Source: Octopus vulgaris
Lineage: Eukaryota
DNA length: 64,000 nt
Direction: 5' to 3'
Assembly (NCBI GenBank): GCA_951406725.2
Contig: OX597815.1
Span: forward strand, 148,614,001 to 148,678,000
The notes beneath the pieces were generated by a model, which was given only the letters and a program-made list of their open reading frames with translations, searched no databases and had not been told where the DNA came from. Below, piece by piece: positions 55,511 through 64,000 of the stretch. The translations under genes and the position numbers were made by a program. Within the stretch, counting starts at the first letter, position 1. Every line of letters begins with the position of its first letter.

Positions 55511-55850
55511 GTGTGTGTGTGTGTGTGTGTGTTTGTGTGTCTGTGTTTGTCACCCTAGTATTGCTTGACAACCGATGCTGGTGTGTTTACGTCCCCGTCA
55601 CTTAGCGGTTCGGCAATAGAGACCGATGGAATAAGTACTGGGCTTACAAAGAATAAGTCCCGGGGTGAATTTGCTCGATTAAATGCGGTGCTCCAGCATG
55701 GCCGCAATCAAATGACTAAAACAAGTAAAAGAGTAAAAGAGTATATATTATATTAATTATATATATATATATATTATTTGTTATTTATGTATTGGTTTAT
55801 GTCTATCACTGTTTGAGTTGCCTAATAGTGGTTTAACCTCCAATTCATAT
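55005..55850. repeat. AT-rich fold-back element interrupted by a SINE
   Basis: Outer arms 55005-55100 / 55752-55850 and inner arms about 55125-55182 / 55241-55296 are reverse complements. Confidence 0.88.
55297..55742 (+). mobile_element. SINE family A, best-preserved copy
   Basis: AGGAGTGGCTGTGTGGTAAG (A box), GGTTCAGTCCC (B-box-like), internal (TA)n(TG)n, tail GCGGTGCTCCAGCATGGCCGC...GACTAAAACAAGTAAAAGAGTAAAAGAG. Confidence 0.92.
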
Positions 55851-57339
55851 ATATATGTATATATATATATATATATATACGTATGTATGTTCGTGTACAG
55901 ACATGTAAGTATGTATTTAAAGTCATAGATATGTTATACAGGATTAATAGGCATTTGTGAATATCGTATGGAAATAGCAGAAACGTTTAATATTATGAGG
56001 CTATATTCGGATGCATTTCATTCTGAAATGGATGGAAACTGCTAATGCCTGTCTCTTTTGAATGTTGTTCTAGCTGTAATCACTGCATTTGTCTTAAAAG
56101 GGTACATTCTGTACTTACATAGAAGACTCATTCCACCGATTACATATTCTACCACACATTATTGTTAGTAAGACATTTGTCTGCAACCGCAAACATTTGT
56201 TACACTAAGTCTCATCTCACTGAGTCTCATCTCACTAAGAAATGCTCTATTCATACTCAAATCTTACACGCACACAAACCCACACACACACATTTTCTCT
56301 ACAAGTCGTGTTTTGCTACATTGGATACAAGTCACTAGTAATATCTAACTCTTTGTTCAAAAGTTCCCCAGCTACACCTCTTCAGTATGTTTCCCTTTAT
56401 TGCATCTTGGACGGCCGCATATCGTTCCATTTTGGAAACTAATCATATTATTGATATCATATGTATTGATACCATAGAAATATGGCTGAAGGTTCTTGAG
56501 GCCAACGCATCTTGCTGAAGGACTCTTGATGGATCAAACGATACATATAAAACTTTTGTTCAACATAATTCTCTATTCATTATATACAATATGAACAGAA
56601 GCAAAAATGAATAAAATAACAGAAATTTATAAGAAACAAATAAAAAAAATTAATTGAACAATTGTTATAGAATCGAAATGAACAATATAACCATTGTTTT
56701 AAGTGTTGTATCATAAAAATGTAAGCAACAAAAATAACGGAGAATAAAAACAAAATGTTATCAGTGAACAAAATACTTTCCATTCTATTAGGACGTGACG
56801 ATACATGGAATATTAAGACAAACAGTGTATAGAGATTTCGAAAAATTAATCAAAAATTCCATTGAAAATTATGCAGATTTTACTGTAAGTGGTATTATGA
56901 TATTCTGAATCACTAGTCCCTTACCGGTCTCCATGAAGCTCTTGGGGATTCTTATATTACTTTGTTCTTGAAACTATATGCAATGACTTGCTTATATTTC
57001 TACAGTATACAACAAATTGTTAACAATTCTTGTATAATTATTAATGATATTTCATTATAAAAATATGATAGGATTTTCTAAATATCGTACGACTAGGTGG
57101 GTCCAGTAGAGTGAAATAGGAAACAAATGGTACCTTATGTTAAAAATATGGTTGCGAAACACTGCTCTCTATGAACATAAACACACAACATGATTGTCCG
57201 AAGAAAGTCTTATGTTGGTTTATGGGAAATGGTTTTAGGGAAACATTTTGAAGACTTCTTGGAGAAGCATCTTTCAGACAAAAAATGACATTCTAATCGT
57301 TTATTATCTAAATGTATATATATATATATATGTGATCCC

Positions 57340-57571
57340 TGATGGCGTGGAAGATGAGAATGACGACAACAACGCCATGCTGCTGCTGCTGATGATGATG
57401 ATGATGTTGAAGACGACGGTATATATATATATATATATACAGATATTAGGAATTACTGACAAATATCTCTATCATTATATCATTATCATCGTCGTCGCCG
57501 TCGTCTTCAACAACATCATCATCAGCAGCAGCATGGCGTTGTTGTCGTCATTCTCATCTTCCACGCCATCA
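57340..57571. repeat. Near-perfect inverted duplication, arms of 74-80 bp
   Basis: 57340-57419 vs reverse complement of 57498-57571; differs only within the triplet runs. Confidence 0.92.
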
Positions 57572-60177
57572 TTATTATCGTCATCATCCACTAGTGTTTT
57601 AAATACTTATTGCAGAAATATTCTTCAAAGTTTTTGAAATCTCTTCTTCTGAATTCATTCCCATGTTGGAAGCACCTCCATGTCCCAATGCCACATGTGC
57701 ATTTATTCCACTTGAGATGTAATGTGATCCACGGCACCATTGAAAACATCTCCGATATTCTGACTAACTTCTTAATGGCTTTCTTTAATTGTCTAGTTCA
57801 GAGACTCATCTTCCGGTAGTCCGTTTCGATAAGAGCCACATTAACCAAGTCATGATATCTAATTTTCTATATCTGTAGAGAATTGTCAAATCAGTCTTCC
57901 TAGAATACTTTATGTTTAAATATAATTATTTTGGTACTCGTAGAGATCATGAACATCTCTAATTCAAAGCGATTTTACGCTACGTACTGTTGGAAGACTT
58001 ATCTTCTATTCGGGTTCACCAGTCTGAGGTTTGATACAAAACCTGAAAAGTAGATCCCCATTGTTGCTTTTGCTTAACCTGCTTCGTCACTTCCTAGAAA
58101 TCACTTGGGAAGGGATGATACAGGTATCTGCATTTGGAAATTCATTAAATACTTTAGAGATACCCATACCTGCATCAGCCTTCTATCTGTGTTATGAAGC
58201 TTCTGGTCAAGATCTGGTTCGGGATGCGAGGAGGCGTTCTTCTCTGCTAATCGGTGGGTATTTCACTCTGTCCCACATTTTAAGGTTATTTCGGGTTATC
58301 AAAAATTCACCTACACTAGACAGGAGTTATGAAAATTTTACTTTGTCAGTCCTCAAGATATCTTTCCAGAACAGTGAGCGCTCCAGATCCAGGTGTGCTG
58401 TATACACTTCCCTGGAGGTCAGGTTCTTCCGACGTCACACGATTAACTTCCTGTTTTGTCGTAGATCTTTCACACTATAAGCGCTATGAGCTCTATGAGG
58501 TCTCTCTTGTCTCTAGTATTGGTACTTCTCCCCTTTTTGGCAAAATTTCCAAGTGCTAGCCATCCGTAAGAGAGTGCTCCAACCATATCTGCATCGTTTA
58601 CAGCTTTCACAGCTTCTGATTTCTACTGCCCTTTATGTGCTTATTGACATGTATGCCTTTCTCATCCTCAGATAATAGCAATTTACTGATCACCTCTGCT
58701 TTAGTACGTATAAATTCACCCTCTGAGCAGAAAGTTCAAGGATAACAGCCGCATTCAAACACATTTGAAACACAATTCATCCCTTACCTCCGCCAGAGTC
58801 ACGGTAAACTTTGAAGGAAAAATAGTTACCGCAGCATGAATTGACGGTATGGTTGATGCCCTGTACTCTGAAAATTACGAAGCAGCTGCCAATTGTCAAC
58901 TGCCACCAGTCAAATTGCGTTATCGAGTTCTGGTGTCTTTGAAATTGGCATAAACCTTAATGGTATTATCCTAATTCTTCCCAAATCATCGTATATTGTT
59001 TGTAGAAACTTGAAATATGTGATCCATGAATGCTAGGAGCATAATTTGTTAACCTTCTTAGAGAATAGTCAGGACCTAATACATTGTAGGGTTGCACTTC
59101 ATACGTGATGACATTTTCCAACAGTCTCAATGTTGTGCCCACTGTATCCCTGGCGTTGGTGGGGAAATTACGGTTAATACATGGACACATGTAATGGATA
59201 CATTATAATTTCCTCTTCCAGTATTAGCAGTTGTTTCATTGAGATCTCCCACAGCGATTCCATGGGCGACAATATCATGCCGACTATTGCTATTGGTACT
59301 TGTTCGCGGATGCCCTTTGGATTAACTGGGAGATCCCTCTTGTGTAGCCATTTTTCAAGGTTTTCTCATACAAATGAGAAAGTATTGTAATTCCTCTTTC
59401 TCTTCCTAATTATGTTCGATCGCTGATATACATTCAAGGCATCCATCGTAGACATTTACTCACCTATTCTGGACACTCGTATCGATGCACTACTTGGACA
59501 GTGGATATGTTCTCAATGTTTACGAATGAGGGATCAAAATATCTGTTCTTGACGTGAAATACAGATAACTCGGCAAACTTATGTTTACTGTGTTGTTACT
59601 AAATCTTAAAGCGTTGGAACGTTTACTCGCCATCGTTTTAGAATCTGTATTATGGCATCTGTAACCATTTCAGTTAATGAAATATAATTTCAGTTACTCT
59701 AATCTCCGTCACTTTACTCATTATATACCTTGTAATAATGACGAAAAGCACTTATGAACGTTACTTCTGATTATTGAGATAACAGTGAGTATTTTCATTA
59801 ACAAATGTATAATGTCTGTGCAAACATTACAAGAAAATTCTTTGTTTTAAACATTCGGAATAATACGAGGAGATATAACACAGTAGATTAAGTGCTTTGC
59901 GTCGCCATTGTAGCCTAACAGTTGTACTGAAATTAACGAATGCTGTAGGCTTTACCTGTAATGATTTAATACACTCTACATGTACATCACAAGCAAGTGC
60001 TTTAGCTTATAACTGTCTATTAACTTGTTCTTTCAACATGAAATGGACTATTGATATCGCCATTTACACAAAGAATATATATTGTCTCCTACAAGCGTGG
60101 AAAAGTAAATGGGAAGGCGGGTGAGATTAATGATTATCCGTCTGATTATCTATCTAACCATCTATTTATCTCCTGTC

Positions 60178-60210
<33 letters not shown>

Positions 60211-62585
60211 AATGTATATATATATATATATAAGTGTATGCAAATACGTTCACACATACATGCACACTGACACACACACACATATGCGCATAATACTTGC
60301 TTTAGGTATGCGTACCGGTGTATATAATGTGGTTCGTGATTCCTGAAATGAAATTAATGTATTGGAAAATGTTACATCTGAATGCCTAGTTAGTTATGTA
60401 ATTCTGTATGTATTCATAAATGTTGCTTAGAATTAAGGCATAACACAAACATTAGGCATAAAACAATTTAAATATGCATAACAATAAAAATATAATTCAA
60501 AAGATTTCTTTGCGTTATGCCTTATTGCAACTGTAATCATGCTAATACTCTTCCAGCAATAACAAAGATTAATTCAAATATAACATTAATGTTTAATGAG
60601 ATTTGATAGCTGTTGCGAATATTTTTAAATTTAGCAAGCAGTTTCTCTAATAGAATAATATAACTAAGCATTTATTACGATGTTTATTTATTTAGTTGTT
60701 CATGTCCATAACTATTTATATTTTCATTTATTATTGAAATCATCACAATAAAAAATATATATACGAAAAAAAAACATGCAAATTTTCTGTAATATATATC
60801 AGGCTGTTTGTTATAAGGCATTCAATGCATTATGTATACAAAATGCAATCCATTAATTTTAAAAATGGAGAACATAAATTGGAAAAGGCTATTAAACAAA
60901 GAATACGTAATATTTATGAATCCCACGAAAAGTTAAAAGATGCAATAAAATGTACATATTGTATACGTACACGTGATATTCTCCAGTTATTAGTCTGTCT
61001 TTAAATACTACAAATGTAAGATATATATTTCACCTAAATGAAAAAAACATCTAGCATTGAAATGCTAAATATTGTAATAAATTTGTAAATTTAACAGCAA
61101 TGACTGATATTTGTATTTCTATATCATTTGATGTGATTCTTGTATCAGATAGAAACTCTCGTTGTTGTTGTGCGATAAAACCAACTAGGAAATATTGTGT
61201 TGTTGACTGGTAATTATCAGAAATAGTAACAAACAAATGACACGTAAATAACTTGGACATATCTTTGATCAGATAAATTTTATATGGCATTCTCTGTTAT
61301 CGGCTTTAAACACCATGGCGTGTATCTTTTGAAGGTTTAGACTATTAGCTGTTTTGAAAAGAATATATGAATTAATAGTGTAGGTATATGGGTGTGCAAT
61401 ATAATCATGCTACTTTTGAACGCTTCAATAATAATGGACGGTGACGAGTAGTAACTATATTAGAAATATTCTTCATATTGTTCAGGAAATCTTGAACAAT
61501 TACCAAAAGTAAATTGACAAAATGCAGGAACAGGAACGTACAACAGAATGAAATATAGAAATTAAGATACTTATCCTAAGTATGTCAGCGATGGTACAGA
61601 AAATCGATGATTATTAGAGAACTCCTAGCGGAATGTATGTCATTTTAAATAACAATGAGTAAAAAATTATAAAAATATCATTTGTGATGACGTTCCTCTT
61701 GTTGATACTTACTATTTTTTAACCATAGAGCATAGCTTACAGCGAGAAGCATGTCAGCCATCACAATGTAACCGTTTTATTTTCTTTTAAATGTGGTTCA
61801 TTAATTGCCATATTTTCGAAATATTCCTTGATTTTTTAAAACAGAAAATCGTAATTTGTAGAAGATGCAGCTGCTATTTCTCGCATGAGTAGCGAATGCA
61901 CGGAGGCTGTGTAGCTGATATAAGGGGTTCCTAGCTTTATGTAAATTTCGTTGATAAGAATGATAAATCTCTGTTGTCTGTAAAATATTGCAAGGGCTGT
62001 TATCAATTCATCGCAAAATTCTATTTACGGCATCAATTTAAAAAGTGATAATCCTTTAATAACTGAATCATATTATTTGACAACTATATTTTATATGTTG
62101 CCCACCACCCTTTGGCGAAGTTCTCATCAGATGTGCTGAAGGGAGAAAGGGGCTATTAAATCAAAAGTTGGTCCGAGTTGGCCCAAAAGAATAGACTCCA
62201 GTGATAGCAACGTGTTCCAATGTTTTGTATGGATATCGAACGGCTAATTAAAACTTTGCACCAATTTAACATCGCAAGATATGACCTAAGAACGCAGAGA
62301 CGAAACAACAGTCAAGAATCATCCGGTTCATTGACAACGGCTTAGTATACGTTTCTCGCCGTAGAGAGGATGCAAAATAAATCGATAGGTGAAAATCTGC
62401 AAAGTAGAAACAGTACACTACTGACTATTTAAAAAGTATATTTTTATAATTTGCATGTATTTTATTATAGCAGCAAAGACACCACAGAGCAGACGTCATA
62501 AGCTTAAATAACAAACCGAGAAATGTGAACCCCTATATAGTGACGGATTACTGTAGAAAAAAAAAACACGTGACTTTCAAGAACA

Positions 62586-62940
62586 TACTCTTTACTCTTT
62601 TACTTGTTTCAGTCATGTTACTGTGGCCATACTGGAACACCGCATGTCGAGCAAATCGATCCCAGCACTTATTCTTTGTAAGCCTAGTACTTATTATATT
62701 GGTCTCTTTTGCCGAATTGCTAAGTTAAGAGGACGTAAACACACCAACATCGGTTGTCCAACATAGACACATAGATATGTACAATGGGATTCTTTCAGTT
62801 TCCGTCTACCAAATCCACTCACAAGGCCTCGATCTGCCCGAGGCTGTAGTAGAAGACACTGGCCCAAGGTGCGACGCCGTGGGACTGAACCCGGAACCAT
62901 GTGGTTCGTAAGTAAGCTACTTACCATACAGCCACTCCTA
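62586..62940 (-). mobile_element. SINE family A, near full length
   Basis: Minus strand TAGGAGTGGCTGTATGGTAAGTAGC...GGGTTCAGTCCCAC...GACTGAAACAAGTAAAAGAGTAAAGAG. Confidence 0.9.
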
Positions 62941-63432
62941 CGCTATCACCTCTGATGAAAAAGTATGATTTTTATGCTATATTTTCATAGACTGGTCAGG
63001 TTATTTAATGGAGGTGAAATAAATAAAAAGTGAAAAGTCATACAATTGCACATCCATATTACAGGAGAAAGCATATCAGGGGAAATTTTAAAATTTATAA
63101 AAATGAACACGTACTGAAGAGTTGAATTGACGTTAGAAAAGGGAGACAAAAATTGTTCATGTATTAATTGGCACTTAGCACAGCACAGAAACTGTTATTT
63201 ACAAATTTGAATGATACTGGAATTGAAAGAATCATTATCGACATAGAGAAAAGTGTCATTTGTATTGCACAAGCATCCCAGCACAGACTCTCAACGTTTG
63301 AATGATCAAATGAAATGAGCTTGGGATGACATCATTGCAAAGCGAGTTAGAATCGAATAGCTTCAGCCATATCATATGGTCGATCAAAACGGTGAGAACG
63401 ACGATGATAATAATAAAGGCAAATACAACAGT

Positions 63433-63448
63433 AATAATAATAATAATG

Positions 63449-63539
<91 letters not shown>
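63433..63539. repeat. (AAT)n microsatellite
   Basis: Directly visible. Confidence 0.95.
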
Positions 63540-63540
<1 letters not shown>

Positions 63541-64000
63541 TAGGACTACTACATACTGTGAAAGTTATCAGTGATGATATCGAGATGGAGTTTGGTCATG
63601 AAAAGTGTGTCAAAACCACTTTTAAGAAATGGAAATTTGTAAAGTCAAGTTCAATCAAATTAGATGTCGAAACAGTAATAAAGGAACTTGAGTAGAAATA
63701 AACCTATAAATACCTAGGAATAAATGAAGTCTCTGGTATCCAGTATGCAAGCATAAAACAGCAGGTTAGGAAGGAATGTTATAGAAGAGTTCGAGAAGTC
63801 CTGAACTCTGAACTGAATGCATATAATAAGGTGTTAGCCATACATTCATTCGCAGTCCCAGTTCTTTATAGCTGCAATGTGCTTCACTGGAATACCAGTG
63901 AAATAATGCAAATTGACAGAAAAATCCGCCAGCTACTGTCTTGTAATGAGATGCACCATTCAAAGGCAGACGTGGATCGTCTTTACCTTCTCAAAGCTCA
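63540..64000 (+). mobile_element. R4/Dong-type LINE reverse transcriptase fragment, 5'-truncated, continues beyond the window
   Basis: LLHTVKVISDDIEMEFGHEKC...TYKYLGINE...VLNSELNAYNKVLAIHSFAVPVL...IDRKIRQLL...MHHSKADVDRLYL, with two in-frame stops. Confidence 0.92.

Noticed and set aside
56205-56239. Short tandem duplications (also 10128-10157, 13602-13630, 16332-16390)
   Set aside because: Ordinary slippage duplications with no further structure.

Overview
AT-rich eukaryotic DNA dominated by microsatellites and decayed transposons. The SINE families and the (TA)n/(TAA)n/(GATA)n load most resemble an octopus (coleoid cephalopod) genome; this is inferred from sequence style only. No intact protein-coding gene is supported, and nearly all tracked ORFs are microsatellite or antisense artefacts. 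Recognisable content: about 8 fragments of restriction-like-endonuclease LINEs (R4/Dong type), almost all bounded by (TAA)n; a CR1-type LINE 3' fragment whose tail matches the commonest SINE; a near-complete mariner transposase pseudogene; a Helitron with a PIF1 helicase remnant; a Penelope-like element (RT + GIY-YIG) plus several Penelope-type 3' ends carrying hammerhead-like cores and ending in (TA)n; and three modular tRNA-derived SINE families. Best leads: (1) a small element combining a tRNA-like Pol III head, a minimal hammerhead core and inverted termini (3682-3982); (2) a CUGUGGA hammerhead-like variant shared by two copies; (3) about ten long fold-back repeats, two with strand-biased G.U pairing resembling pre-miRNA/hpRNA (35393-35547, 42885-43014). 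All alignments and translations were done by eye, so boundaries are approximate.
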